This document shows, one piece after another, positions 13,572 through 31,259 of a stretch of 64,000 nucleotides of DNA. The notes beneath the pieces were generated by a model. That model was not told the DNA's origin and did not search any database. It saw only the letters and a list, made by a program, of their open reading frames with translations. Each line of letters starts with the position of its first letter. Position 1 is the first letter of the stretch. This DNA comes from the human T2T-CHM13v2.0 reference genome, Homo sapiens. The translations under genes were made by a program, and so were the position numbers. Location of the stretch: the NCBI RefSeq assembly GCF_009914755.1, contig NC_060927.1; one strand, written 5' to 3'.

Positions 13572-14087
13572 TGGACCATTTAATACTTCTTAGAGTTAAA
13601 ACAAGGTGATTAATATTTTTTAGAATAATCTGTGCTATTTCAGTCAAGTACCATAAAGTATTTTTGGCTCACAGCTGTTTTAATGAGCAGGGCAGGACTA
13701 TATAATTGCAAATGGTTTAGCTATAGAATTCAGAATAGCTCTTACATGTTTTTTTTCTTCAGCATGTAAAAGCCTAGTGCAGGCAGGAACTAGGGAGTAG
13801 AGGCAAATCTATGTGCTTGTAAGACCTCTCAAGAATTGGCTTTGGCTCAATACTTAAAATCAGAAGGTCAACCTTGGTGGCTTTGGCAAGTGGCCCACCT
13901 GGAGAGAGTATGACTTGGGTGTGGTTGCTACAAAGAAGAGTCCTGTGAGACAAGAGGTGAAGGTTGCTTGCCTTGGGATTTAGTCAAGAGAGATCAGGTA
14001 CACATAATAATAGCCATTGTCATTATTGTCTTTCATCAGCCCTTCTGTTGAAGTTCAGCCTAAAATTTCCAGGCAGTTGTCTCAATG

Positions 14088-14089
<2 letters not shown>

Positions 14090-14118
<29 letters not shown>
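14090..14118. repeat. (GT)n microsatellite
   Basis: About 14 uninterrupted GT units. Confidence 0.95.
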
Positions 14119-14349
14119 GACACACGTGGACAGGCAGATGATGGTGATTAGAGACCACTTCACTAGTCACAAGCACTTAGAATGCAAGCTGGCTGCCGGA
14201 AAAGGAAATGCTTCTCCTACATCTGGAAACTTATTGGGTATCTTTTGAATCTTGGGTACATTGGCGATTGATATTTTCCTACAGCCTCTCCTGACTCAGC
14301 TTACTGCTGATGAGCATTTTCTTTGATTTTTTTGTAGCTACTAAAATTA

Positions 14350-14429
14350 TTAGGTTGATGCAAAGGTAATTGCCGTTTTTGCCATCACTTTCAATAGCGA
14401 AAACTGCAATAACCTTTGCACCAACCTAA
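14350..14429 (+). mobile_element. MADE1 mariner MITE, intact 80-bp palindrome
   Basis: ttaggttgatgcaaaggtaattgcc...gcaataacctttgcaccaacctaa flanked by TA duplications (14348-49, 14430-31). Confidence 0.92.
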
Positions 14430-14582
14430 TAGTTCCACTAGCAGATACTTTTAAAACCTGATACTGGAAGAAGGCTTAATTACAGAATAGGAATGAGCCC
14501 CTCACATGCACCCTGCACTGTGTGGTCTCTGGGCTACAGCTCTGTTCTCTGGGGTACAGAGTCCAGGGAGAGACAACTGTTA

Positions 14583-15071
<489 letters not shown>

Positions 15072-15322
15072 TTAACCAAATTAACGCACATTAAAGCCAT
15101 GACCTAGGAATGAATGGTCATGCCTTTGAGAAACTGTTAACCTGAGAGCTTCCTCTGATCTTGGTAGCCTTAACCAAGGTATTCGCTTGGCATACAATAC
15201 TCCCTTGTTCCTCTTGACCTTGTACTTCTGTCTGGCCACTGTCCTTTACACACTCTCCCTTTTGCTTGCCTATCTCCTAGTCTTTAAAGGCCACTTTTCT
15301 AACACACTCAAGTCCATATTAG

Positions 15323-15601
<279 letters not shown>

Positions 15602-16014
15602 TAGCTTCCTTTTTTATGTCTCATTTAGCAGAAAATAGAAATGTTAAAAACAACCTAAATGTCTGACCATTCGAATGTGATTAAATATATCATGGAATAA
15701 TATGCAGTGACAAAAAATATTTACTTGGAAAATTTTACATTATTTAATTAGGTAAAATAATTATAAAAGAGTATGTGTAATATTTTCTAGAGGATACAAC
15801 TATGAATTTCTGCTTGAAGATGAAACTAAAAACTATCAGGATAGTACAGGGAAGAGATTATGCAATGCATAAAAGGATCTCAAATATACAACACACATAC
15901 ACACGAATAAAAGGCTAATTAAATATTCATCAAAATGTTAACAATGATGAACTTTGTAGTTACAAACGTGCACTATTTTACAATCTAAAAAGTTTATGTT
16001 TAAAATTTAGTCTC

Positions 16015-17750
<1,736 letters not shown>

Positions 17751-19209
17751 AAGGAATCTAGCCTCCAATAAATTCTTGGCAGAATTTCTTCTGAACTTTG
17801 ACCACAATGGCTAAGTAGTTCTGCTTCTCGTCTAGTCACTACCCCATGAGAAGGTTCATGAGAAGATGAATTAAAAGTAGTGGGAAGTCTAGGTGTCTAG
17901 TTTCCTTAAAATAGCAATGGAAGTCCTGGGGAGGAGTGTCTAGCTTTCTCGATCATCTTGTCTTCCCCTTTGGACATCTTCAAATAAACAATCAACTTGG
18001 TAGCAATAGAGTTAAGTCTCAAAGTGAGAAATCTGACTGCCTTTGGATTCAAATCCCTTCTGAGTATTTTTCAGAAGCTTCAGATCCAAGTGGATCCTTG
18101 CCAACAGCTTGAAATATAAGAGCCAATAGAGAACTGTGGACCAGATTCTAATAGAATGATTATACACTATATTGTATTAGGTCATGTTATTCATTTCATT
18201 GTACAACCAAGAAAAGCTGCAGCTCAAGAGATGAAAAGCCTGTCCAAGGACACATAGCTAGTGACCCACGATCTGAACACATACTCTAGAGACAAATACC
18301 ATGCTGTCCCCAATGAGCACTGTCACTATGCTGTTCACAGGTTTCTCCGAAGCAGGGACATGTTCAGAATCCAGCAATCCCAACACATGCCTACTCATTT
18401 TCTGGTTTACCTTGTCTCCTTCAACTCTTACTCAATGTTGTAGCTCCTTCATGGGCCAAAGTAAAGGACCATGTCAGCGAATATTGGACTGTCCTCTTCT
18501 TTTCCCTAAAAGAGACACTACTGATGCTTTTAGGTAAGGCAGACATTTCCTCCTCAGGAATCTTTGCCTGCTGCGTTTGCTTGTGAATTCCTTGGAGATG
18601 GTGAATTTTCTTAGATTCACCTCTATTACCTGATACACTGGTGCTTTGATATTGCTTGGTAAAGCGCTGTTTAATAAATGAATGAATGAAATAACATCTC
18701 TAATCATATCAGTTATTTTGACATGTTGACATGTCATAGTTGTCTTTATTAAACACATTTTTAGTGAGCACCTACTATGTCCCAGGCACAAGTAGTAAAC
18801 AAAGAGAGGCAACATCTCTGCTCACATGGTACTTGCATTCTGCTGGAAAGAGACAGACAGGAAGCAAATTAACAAATTTTGTGGTGTGTTTTCATTTTTA
18901 ATTGAATTTTTATTAAGATAATTACAGATTCATAAGCAGTTGTAAGAAATAATACATTAAGATCCCATGTGCCTTTTAACTCAGTTTTTCCTGATGTTAA
19001 TGTCTTGGGAAATTATAGTATAACATTACAACCAAGATAATGACCTTGACACAATCCACCTATCTTTTTCAGATTTCTCCAATTTTACTTGTATTAATTT
19101 GTGCACATGTGTGTGTGTATTTAGTTCTGTACTCTAATGAATGTATAGGTTCATGTATTCACCACTATAATCAAGATAAAGAATAGCTCCATAAAAATTC
19201 CTTGTGTTC

Positions 19210-19513
<304 letters not shown>

Positions 19514-19952
19514 TAACCACACTCATCTCCCTTCCTTAACTTGTCCTTAACTCCTGTAAACCAGTAATCACTCCTCCTTTTCTATGATTTTGCCATTGCA
19601 AGAATCTTATATAAATATAATTATACATAATGTAACCCTTGGGGACTGGAGGTTTTCACTCAGCATAATTTCCTTCAGATCTATCCAAGTTATTTTTTTA
19701 ATATTGCTGAGTAATAGTCCATGGCATGAATGGTGTATAGTTTGTTAACCATTCACTCATTGAAGAATATCTATGCTGTTTTCATTTTATGGCTAGTATG
19801 AATGAAGCTGCTATCAATGCACATATACAGGTTTTGTGTGGCCATAAGATTTTTTTTCTCAATATTTTGCTATAAAATGTTTTAAACATAAAGCAAGGTT
19901 GAAAAATTTTCAGTGAACAGTCACACATTCACCACCTAGATTCTACCATTAA

Positions 19953-20266
<314 letters not shown>

Positions 20267-23200
20267 AATGTACTTTATTTTTTAAAGCAATTTTAGGTTT
20301 ACAGAAAAGTTAATAGTACAGTGAATTCTCATATCCCCCCTTCCTTCTGTACATAATTTCCCTATTATTAACATCTTGCATTAGTGTGCTACATTTAGTG
20401 TAATTGATAAGCAATATCAATACATTATTATTGGCTGAAGTTCACAGTTTATATTAGGGTTTACTCTTTGTGTTGTACAGTTCTGTGGGTTTTGTCAAAT
20501 GCATGAGGTCGTGTATGCACATTTACAGTGTCATACAGAATAGTTTAATCCCCCTAAAAATCCTCTATGCTCTATCTAGTCATCTCTCTCTTCCTTCTTC
20601 CCCACTAACTCCTGGCAACCACTGACTTTTTATGGTCTCTATAGTTTTGCCTTTTCCAGAATGTCATATATTTGAAATCATACAGTTTGCAGCCTTTACA
20701 GATTGGCTTCTTTCATTTGGCAATATGCGCTTAAGGTTACTCCATGTCTTCTGTGACTTGATAGCTCATTTATTTTTTATTACTATAAAATATTCCATTG
20801 TATGGATGTACCACAGTTTGTTTATCCACTCAACTATTGAAGGACATCTTGTTTGCTTCCAGTTTGGTGGACAGTTTTCTGTGTGGACATAGTTTTCAAC
20901 TCATTTAGGTAAACACATAGGGGTACAATTGCTCGATCCTATAGTGGACTAAGCTTGGCTTTGAAAGAAACTACCAGACTGTGTTTCAGAGTGACTGTAC
21001 CATTTTGTGTCTCCACCATCAGTGAATGACAGTTCCTATTACTCCACATTCTCATCAGCATTTGATATTGTCAATGTTTTGGATTTTAACCACTCTAATA
21101 GCTATGTAGTGGTATCTCATTGCTCCTTTAGTTTGTAATTTTCTAATGACATTTCATGTTGAGCATCTTTTCATATGCTTATTTGCCATCTGTATAATTT
21201 CTTTAGTGAAATGAATGTTCATATCTTTTGCTTAATTTTACTTATTTTTATTATGGAGTTCTAAGAGTTCTTTATGTATCTTGGATACAAGTCATTTAAC
21301 AGGTATGTGTTTTGCAAATATTTTCTCCCACTTCATGGCTTGTATTTCATTCTCTTAACAGTATCTCTCACAAAGCAGATGTTTTTTAATGTTAATGTTT
21401 TTAATGTTAATGGAGTCCAAATTACCTATTTTGTTTTGTCATGGATTGTGTTTTTGGTGTTGCATCTAGAAAGCCATCACCCAATCCAAGGTTACTTAGA
21501 TTTTCTCCTGTATTATCTTCTAGAGGCATTACAATTTTGCATTTTACGTTTAGATGTATGATCCATTTTAATTTTTGTGGAAGTTAGGAAGTTTGTGTCT
21601 AGATTCATTTTTTAAAATATTGCATATAAACGTTCAGTTGTTTTAGCACCATTTGTTGAAAACACTGTCTTCCTCCATTGAATTGTCTTTGCTCCCTCTT
21701 CAAAGATCAAGGCTAAACTGATGTGAGTCTATTTCTTGGCTCTCTATATTCTGTTCCATTTATCTGTTTGCCTAGTCTTTCTCCATGCTACACTGCCTTG
21801 ATTCTTGTAGATATTGTTTGTCATGTTGAAGAAGTTCCTCTTTAATTCTTGTTTGTTTAGCGTTTTAAACTATAATCATTACTGGATTTTGTCTAATATT
21901 TTCTCTGGACCAATTGATATGCTCATATGATTTTCTTTCTGTAGTCCGTTGATGTGATGGGTTACATTGATCGTATTTTGAATGCTGAATCCCATTTGCA
22001 TACTAGAATAAATCCTACTTGGTCATGTTGTGTAGTTATTTTCTTACATCATTGGATTCAGTTTGCTAATATTTTGTTGATGATTTTATGTCTTAGTTCA
22101 TGAGAGATATTGGTCTTTAATTTTTGTTCTTGTAATGGATTTATCTGTTTTTGTATCAGGGTAACGCTGGCCTCATAAAATGAGTTGGAAAGTGTTCCCT
22201 CCTCTGCTATTTTCTGGAAGAGATTATGTAAAATTGATGGTAATTATTTTTTAAATGTTTGGTAGAATTTCTGATGAAACCATCTGGGATTGGAGATTTC
22301 TTTATTAAGAGCTCTTTAATTATAAATTCAATTTCTTTAATGGTTACAAGACTATCAAGATTGTCTATTTCATGTTGATTGATTTTGGGTAGTTTGTTGT
22401 TTTAAATGAATTGATCCACTTCTTCTAAGTTGTAGAATTTATGGGTTGAAAGTTATTTCTAGTATTCCTTATTCTTTTGTATGTGTTTTTAAATAATGAT
22501 AAATTATGTTGATAAAATAAAAATGGGGATGATCAGAAAAGGCCTGCCGGAGGAGGTGATATGTGAGCTAAGGCCTGAAGGGATCAATCATGGAAAACAT
22601 TAGAGAAAGAGCTTTTCGGGCAGAGGGAGAAGTTAGTACAAAGGCCCAGAGAAGGCGACAAGTTTGGCATATTTGAGGATGAAGGAAAACTAGCCGGAGT
22701 GGAAAGAGCAACAAGGAATTGAATCTGGAGAGGAGGACAGAGACCACGGGATGCAGTAGCTTTGGGTCATGGGAAGGCACTTAGGTACTGTAGGTGTGCT
22801 GCAACAGCTTTTCATGGTTTTAAGCAGGAAAAATCATGCACAGATTTATATTTATAAAAGATCACTGTGGCTGCTGTATGGACAATGGATTCTAGGAGAG
22901 CCGAGGATCATATTATGAAGATAACATTATGAAGTCATGTTATGAAGTTTTTGCAGTGTTCTCTGTAAGAGGGTGGTGGTGTGCATCCCAGGGGCATGGC
23001 ACTGGTGGAGAGAAGGAGGCAGAGTGAGGACATTGTTTGGAGGTCCTGCCTCTATCCATGTTTGCCCTGCTGGACTGAACTCCTGGTAAGGACTGGGTAC
23101 AACCCTCCTTTTTTTGTTGAGCTTCCAACGCAGCTACCTCTTTTTCAGACCATCTAAGTCCATGAAGTTTAGACAACATTCAGACTATCAAAAACCATCT

Positions 23201-24188
23201 CTGCTCTATTGTGGCTTTTCTTCGACAGTATAAATTACCCTAGAAGTTGTTTTCTGCAGGCTCATGATTCCCTGCCTAACTTTAAAGGGTTTCTTGAGAA
23301 GGCTTTGACCATTTGTTTTGTCAGAGGTTTGGGCGATTATTCAAAGTGCTGAGAGATAACAAGGGTACAGTTTAATGTGCTACAGATGTCTGGGACGGTG
23401 ACTCAGGCTCCTGGCAGAAATCCAAGGCAGGAAACCTGCTGTTGCAATTCGTATTCTCTGTGTCTATGCCGGAAACGGCTTGAGCTGTAATTGCAGTTTA
23501 TAGTGATGTAAATGCAGCCAAACCCCCGAGTGAAGCCTCACAGATGTACATCATTAGGAGAGCTCTCAGCCTCGCTCATATGCTGTTCAGAGGCGGTTCA
23601 TTTGCAATCAGTTTCAAAGACTGTGGATGGGAAGAATGTTCTTTCACATTGTCTAGCTCAGTTTAAAATCTGCCCTCCTGACATTTTGATAAAAGGTAAT
23701 AACCAAACCTCTGCGTTCAGCAGAATGTGCTTATAATAATAAGCCTGGCATTAAAAAAAGAAGACCCAAAGTATCAATAGCCCTTTACAAACAGAATACA
23801 CAGTTTTCCATTTGACCCAGTTGTCTGCTGCACTTCTTCTCTCCTACCTATCTTATGATTAGGAAGGAGGCAGCCCTAGAGCTCACAAGTCAGAAAGCTC
23901 TGGATACAAATTTCAGAAGTGCTGCTTTTTTTTCTTAATTTTAATATAAAGGTCCAGGAACAAAGAGGTTTTCTATTTATAAAGTTTTAGAAATATAGGA
24001 GAAATTGTAAAATGTCTACTTAAAATATTTAATTAAATTCAATTCCTTATTTAATGTATTAAAATCCCTGTGAGAAACAGGTGCATATTCAAAAAAGATT
24101 TTTTTTTTTTTTTTTTTTTTTACAGATTAATAAGAGTAGTTAGTGTGTAAGGGAACCAACAAGAGGTAGTGCAATAACCTGGGATTTG

Positions 24189-24969
24189 TGTAACTGCCTG
24201 GTGGGTTGTTTTTGCCCACTGCACAGATAGAGTCGATTCATTGAGACAGCAGTATTACTGTGAAGAGAGTTTAATAAATGCAGAGCCGGCCAAGTGGAAA
24301 GAAGGGAGTTTACTGCACAAATCAGCCTCCCCACAGAGCTCCGAGGCTAGGGCTTTTCAAGGATGGGCAGCGGGCTGGTGAATGGGGGGAATGGTGATTG
24401 GTTGGGTTCAGCATGAAATTGTAGGGGATCAAAGCTATCTTCTTGAGCTGACTCCCTGCCTGGGTAGGGGCCACCAGACCAGATAAGCCAGTTTCTTGGT
24501 ATGTGTAATGGGTCTGGGTGGAGTCAGTTGGGTTTCCAGAATGAAAAAGTCTGAAAAGTATCTCAAATACTAGTCTTAGGTCTTAGAATACTGATGTTAT
24601 CTAAAGGGACAATTAGGCAAATTACAAATCTTGTGACCACCCCATGCGACTCTTGAGCAGTAAACAATGACTTGTTATCATTTAACTATGCCTAGGTTTT
24701 AGCAGAATTCATGCTCTCACATAATTTTAATCTCGTGACCTTTCATTAGTTTTACAAAGGTGGTTTTAGTCTCAGAACAAGGCGAGGGTAGTTTTGGGAA
24801 GGGGCTAGTATCATCCTTGCTTTGAGATTAAATCATAAATAGCATTCCTTCCATAGTTAACTTGGCCTATGGCCAGGAATGAGCAAAGGTAGCTTGTGAG
24901 GTTAGAAGCAATATGGAGTCAGCTCTGTTAGATTTCTCTGACCGTCATAATTTTGCATAGTCAGTTTCA
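24189..24969 (-). mobile_element. Solo LTR of the LTR8 family (ERV1)
   Basis: Reverse complement begins tgaaactgactatgcaaaattatgac...gactccatattgcttctaacctc and ends ...ggcagttaca; TG...CA termini; imperfect 4-bp TSD tttg/ttag. Confidence 0.8.
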
Positions 24970-25320
24970 TTAGCAGCAGCAGGGCTGTCTCCATCCCTGG
25001 GCCTGTCGGGCTGCAGAAGAGAAGAAGCCCTCACAGGAACTTGCAAGGAAGGAAGAAAATTGTCATGACAAGAGGGGTGACCTCCAGTGAGGGGCAGAGC
25101 CTGGCTGAGGTGACCTTGCAGGGAAAGAAGCTGGGACCTCACTTTCTCCCTCTCGCCTAGCCTCTCTTCTCCTGCTGGTCTCGCATTGGCTGACTCCAAC
25201 CCCAACCAGAGCCAAGCCAAAGCCAGGCAGCTTCCTGAGGAGAGGGGAAGGGAGGGAGAGAAAGGTGAGAAGTGGATCTTTAGGGACAAATTTATATATA
25301 TTTAAAGATGCATATCCTAA

Positions 25321-25746
<426 letters not shown>

Positions 25747-26021
25747 TAAAAGCTCTTCACTTTTTACATGCAGAACTTTTCAGTCTTCCTGTGATCCTGT
25801 TACTGGAATTTTTACCCAAGTCACAAATACACAATCATATACTATTATGACAATTTTTTTCATTTTTTTGGTAGATTTATGTTTATATAAACCACTGTTG
25901 AAGTATGCGCTGTTTTACTTTCTAAAAATAATTTTTAAAGATTATTTATAACTGTATTTGTTCCTTGCAACTGAGAAGTTGTACTAATGAAAAGTATGAT
26001 GAAATGCATACTCCATTTATT

Positions 26022-26320
26022 TTTTCATTTTTTTGTTTTGAGATGGAGTCTTGCTCTGTTACTGAGGCTGGAGTGCAGTGGCGTGGTCTCGGCTCACTGA
26101 AACCTCCGCCTCCTGGGTTCAAGCGATTCTTCTGCCGCAGCCTCCTGAGTAGCTGGGATTACAGGTGTCCACCACCATGCCCAGCTAATTTTTTGTATTT
26201 TTAGTAGAGATGGGGTTTCACCATGTTAGCCAAGACAGTCTCGATCTCCTGACCTCGTGATCCACCCACCTCGGCCTCCCAAAGTGCTGGGATTACAGGC
26301 ATGAGCCACCACACCCAGCT
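26022..26320 (-). mobile_element. AluSc-like
   Basis: atgttagcca...tctcgatctcctgacctcgtgatcc. Confidence 0.9.
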
Positions 26321-27423
26321 AATTTATTTGCCTCTCTTTTTACCAACTCTGTCGGCTTGCCTTAATAAACATTTAAGTAGGATTAATTGAGGTTATTTCA
26401 GAAATATTGTGTCTTCCCCAAATGGCACTGGGCGATGGAGTAATCTATAAGTTGACAGATATTCTATGGATATGAGTATAAGATTATTTCCTTTTATTTA
26501 AGGAATAATTTTATGGAAGGAAACAGTCTTTCGTGCAGCCATATACTGTGCTAAATCTATCTAGACTTCAGTTTCCTCATCTGCAGAATAAAAATAATAC
26601 TAGGGCTTACCTCACAAAATTGAGAAAAATTAACTGAGATAATGTAACTAATGCAATGTTTGGGACAGAGTAAGTACTTCACCTAGTTTATATCAATTAT
26701 TTTAAAAGTTTCTAAATGACCCTAAGTAATCCATTTTCTTAAACAACTATTTTCTTAACTGATGATTACTCTTTTCTTATTCAGACTTGCAGGTAATAGA
26801 TTAGTGGTGTGATTTGGCAATAACGAATGCAAAGATTGTGCTTGAAAAACATTTTCGTATGGTTGCTATTGATAAATTCTAGAATTTTCTATGTGATTTT
26901 TAGTAGGAGGTAGGCTACTTTTGAACCATTAGAGATGGTTTATAAAAACCTGTTTATTCTTTGTCTGAATTCAACACTCATCCTTTTCTTTTTCATATAC
27001 TATTGCTAAATATATGCCAATCTTTGTTCTTTTAAAAACATTTGTATAAATTTAAGGTATACAAGTACAGTTTTGTTACATGGATATATTATGTCGTGCT
27101 GAAGTCTGGGCTTTCAGGGTAACCATTACCTGGATAGTGTACATTGTACCTATTAAATAATTTCTCATCCCTCACCCTCCACCCTTCCAGCCTTCCAAGT
27201 CTCCAAAGTCTGTTATTCCACATTCTATGTCCCGGTGTACACATCATATAGTTTCCAATTACAAGTAAAAACGTGGTATTTGACTGTTTCTGAGTTGTTT
27301 CACTTAAGATAATGGCCTCCAGTTCCACTCATGTTGCTGCAAAAGACATGATTTTATTCTTTTTATGGCTGAATAGTATTCCATTGTGTGTGTGTCTGCG
27401 TGTGTATGGCTGAATAGTATTCC

Positions 27424-27425
<2 letters not shown>

Positions 27426-27466
<41 letters not shown>
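27426..27466. repeat. (GT)n microsatellite
   Basis: About 20 GT units. Confidence 0.95.
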
Positions 27467-27470
<4 letters not shown>

Positions 27471-28656
27471 ATATATCACATTTTCTTAATCCAAGCATCT
27501 GTTGCTGGACACTTAAGTTGAATCCCTATCTTTGCTATTGTGAATAGTGCTGGTACATGATACAGGTATCTGAGTACAGGTATCTTTTTGATGTAATGAT
27601 TTCAATTGCTGGATTGAATGGTGGTTCTATTTTTAGTTCTTTGAGAAATATCCATTCTGTTTTCCATAGAGGTTGTACTAATTTACATTCCCACCAACAT
27701 TGTATGTGGTCCCTTTTTTCCATGTCCTAACCAACATGTTATTTTATTGACTTTTTAATAGCCATTCTGACTGGTGTAAGAATGATATCGCACCATGGTT
27801 TTAATTTTCATTTCTCTGATGATTAGTTGATGTTGAGCATTTTTTCATATGCTTGTTGACCATTTACATGTCTTCTTTTGAGAAATGTCTAGTCATATGC
27901 TTTGCCCACTTTTTAATGGGGTTATTTGTTGTTGTTTTTTTTGAGTTGTTTGGGTTCCTTGTAAATTCTGGATATCAGTTACCTGTTGGTTGCATAGTTT
28001 GCAAATATTTTCTCCCATTTTCCAAGTTGTGTGTTCACTCTGTTGCTTATTTCTTTTGCTGTGAAGCAGCTTTTTAGTTTAATTAAGTCCCCTTTATTTT
28101 TTGTTTTTGTTACTTGTGCTTTTGACATCTTAGTTTATTAATTCTTTGCCTAGACCAATGGCCAGAAGAGCTTTCTCTAGGTTTTCTTCCTCTACTTTTA
28201 TAGTTTCAGGTTTTACATTTAAGTATTTGATCCATCTTCAATTCGTTTTTTATAGGGTGAGAGATAGATATCCAATTTTATTCTTCTGCATGTGGTAATC
28301 CAATTTTTCTCAGCACCATTTATTGAAAAGGACATTCTTTCTCCAGTATGTCTTTTTTGTGACTTTGTCAAAAATCAGATGACTGTAGATATGTAGTTTC
28401 TTTTCTGGGTTCTCTATTCTGTTCCATTGATCTATATGTCTATGCTGTTTTGGTTACTGTAACATTGTAGTATAATTTGAGGTCAGCTAATGTGATGCCT
28501 CTAGCTTTGTTAATTTTGCTTAGGATTGCTTTGACTTTTGGTCTCTTTTTAGTTCCATATGAATAGATCTGTGAAAAATGACATTGAGTAGTTTGATAAG
28601 GACTGCATTAAATCTATAGATTGCTTTGGGCAGTATGATAATTTTAACAACATTAA

Positions 28657-28947
<291 letters not shown>

Positions 28948-29323
28948 AACAACATTAATTCTTTCAATCCATAATCAAGAGATGTTTTGCCATTTGTTTG
29001 TGACATCTACAATTTCTTTCATCATTTTAAAATTATTTCTTTTATAATTTTCTTTGTAGGGATCTTTCACCTCCTTGATTAAATATATTCCGAGATATTT
29101 TATTGTTTTTGTAGCTATTGTAAATGGGACTGCCTTCTCGATTTTGTTCTAAGCTTTATTGTTATTGGTGCATCGAAATGCCACTGATTTTGTGTATGTT
29201 GATTTTGCATCCTGACACTTTACTGAATTTATAAAATTTGTTTTTTGGAGGAGTCTTTAGGGTTTTCTGTTATCTGGAGAATCCAAGTTCCTTCTACTCA
29301 TTTTGAGCATCAACTGCCTTTGC

Positions 29324-29336
29324 CCAGTAGGTGGCG
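29324..29336 (+). promoter_or_regulatory. Candidate CTCF site
   Basis: CCAGTAGGTGGCG matches the CCASYAGRKGGCR core, with CpGs retained nearby. Confidence 0.5.
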
Positions 29337-29758
29337 AAAGCGTAGAAGGTACAGCTGTACCTAGTCTGAGTACCAGACTGCCGTTTTGAACTTAATTTTG
29401 ATTCTTGTCTTTTGGTTTCATTTGCTTTCTTTTATTTTTGTCTTTTTAACAAAGGCAAATGCAAAAAATAAGGTAATCCACTGAGTTGTCCATGTACATT
29501 TAAGGTAATCAAAATTTAAATATAACTTTTCTTAATATCCTGGCATTGTATTTCTAAAATGCAGGTCTTTTGCAGTCTCTTTAAACTAAAGCTAACTGAT
29601 AAGAAGAGCTAACATATCATGATCTTACATTATACTGTCTCATCTACGACATTTTAGGAAAGGAATCTTAGTAATAGGAACACATTTTCACACTTATAAT
29701 TATACACAGTATTTTCAAATATTAAGGGGAAGGGAAAACAGGTAGAGGTTAATATTAT

Positions 29759-29761
<3 letters not shown>

Positions 29762-29790
<29 letters not shown>
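29762..29790. repeat. (CA)n microsatellite
   Basis: About 14 AC units. Confidence 0.95.
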
Positions 29791-29794
<4 letters not shown>

Positions 29795-30884
29795 AACACA
29801 ATTATTAACTCTATAGGGGAGACTATTCCCTATATATACAGCCTTTATAGAAAAGATGACTCATAGAGACCCAGGCAGCTGCCAGACACCAACATCTCAC
29901 TCTCATTGGACCTGCTACAAGCCCTGTGCTGGGGATTGAGATCAAGTGATGAACAGCTCTGTCTTCTTCATATTTTTTTTGCAAGTGGGACTTCAGACTA
30001 TATCGTGATAGGAGGAGAAAGAAAAGCCATATTGCTAAAGCTGTGTGTGTATGCCTGTGTATGTGTGTGTAGTGTGTGTGTGCGTGCATATGCACACATG
30101 CACTTTGCAGTGAAGAGAAGAGACACTGCACTATTATGCAAAACAGCCAAAGGGACTAGGCAAAAGTGTAAGTCAAATGCCTGCAGGGAACAGGCAAATA
30201 AAATGAGTGCATAAAGCAGGCTGGCTGTTAGAAAATCAGCAGTGTGCTAAATGGAAATGACACTTGCACTTGCTATGGACACCACAATCAGAAATATACA
30301 TGTATGTGCAGGGGAGACAGACAAACATGCTGTAGCAAACTGGAGAACCCTTGTCCCTCCCAATTAATAGTTGGGCCAAATCATGTCTATAGCTTGAATT
30401 GGCCCCCGAGCCCATCAGTTAGTGACTTCTCGACCTCTGTTCAAGGTGCAGCTCCTTTATGGTTACTTATTCTAAATCCTTTCCTTGTTTTACCAATGAG
30501 GAATCTGACCCTCAGTTGGGTTCCATTTAGGTCATATCCTCACTGTCTTGACTGTGTGCCCCTTATCAGACATTATGCTTTCTTGCATTTTTTTTCTCTA
30601 GTTAGTCCTATTTACGTAGTAGACTGTCCTAAAGTGAACAGTTGTCCCTGATCTTCGTTGGTTTTACAGGAGGAAATGCACTGAACATCTCAGAAGCCAG
30701 AATTCTGAGTGATCCGCCCAATTGATCTTGGCCGATTTAACCCTCAGAACAGATAAGCACCATAAGTACTGCTCATTTATTTGTTGTTGTGTTGCTCTTT
30801 TCCTCTGCTTACTTCATCCAGTTTCAGGGGTAACAGGACATTTGACATTCCCTGCTTAATGTGTTTGACAGTTTGAGTTCAAGT

Positions 30885-30914
30885 TGCAATACTGCATACT
30901 TCCAGTAGAGGGTA
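30885..30914 (+). promoter_or_regulatory. Candidate CTCF site with upstream module
   Basis: TGCAATAC, a 9-nt gap, then CCAGTAGAGGGTA. Confidence 0.35.
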
Positions 30915-31259
30915 CGTGTGCTTTTCAAATCAAGTGTGAGTGCACCCTAGTAGGGAATCATTCTAGCTCGCTTTCCCGTTTCCAAGAAGCAAAGATTCTT
31001 GGTTCTTTGTTGCTTTAAGAAAATTTAGGCCAGGTTTTCCTTAGACAAGGAAATTGAAATTAAAACAGTAGCTCTTTTTAGTTTTTCAGGCAATAGAGAT
31101 CAAATTTGGGAGCAGTGGGTGATAACACTGAGGAATGTTATCTGAGATGACAAATTCCTGAAGGTAAATGTGACATTTGGTTTTATTACTCTCAGACTGC
31201 TTTTATAGTAATAGCATATGTAGGATAACGTTCAAAGATTATCTAAGATTTATAGATTT

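Noticed and set aside
29823-30651. ORFs of 102-135 aa
   Set aside because: Driven partly by GT/CA low complexity, several with non-ATG starts, no recognisable domain and no supporting splice structure
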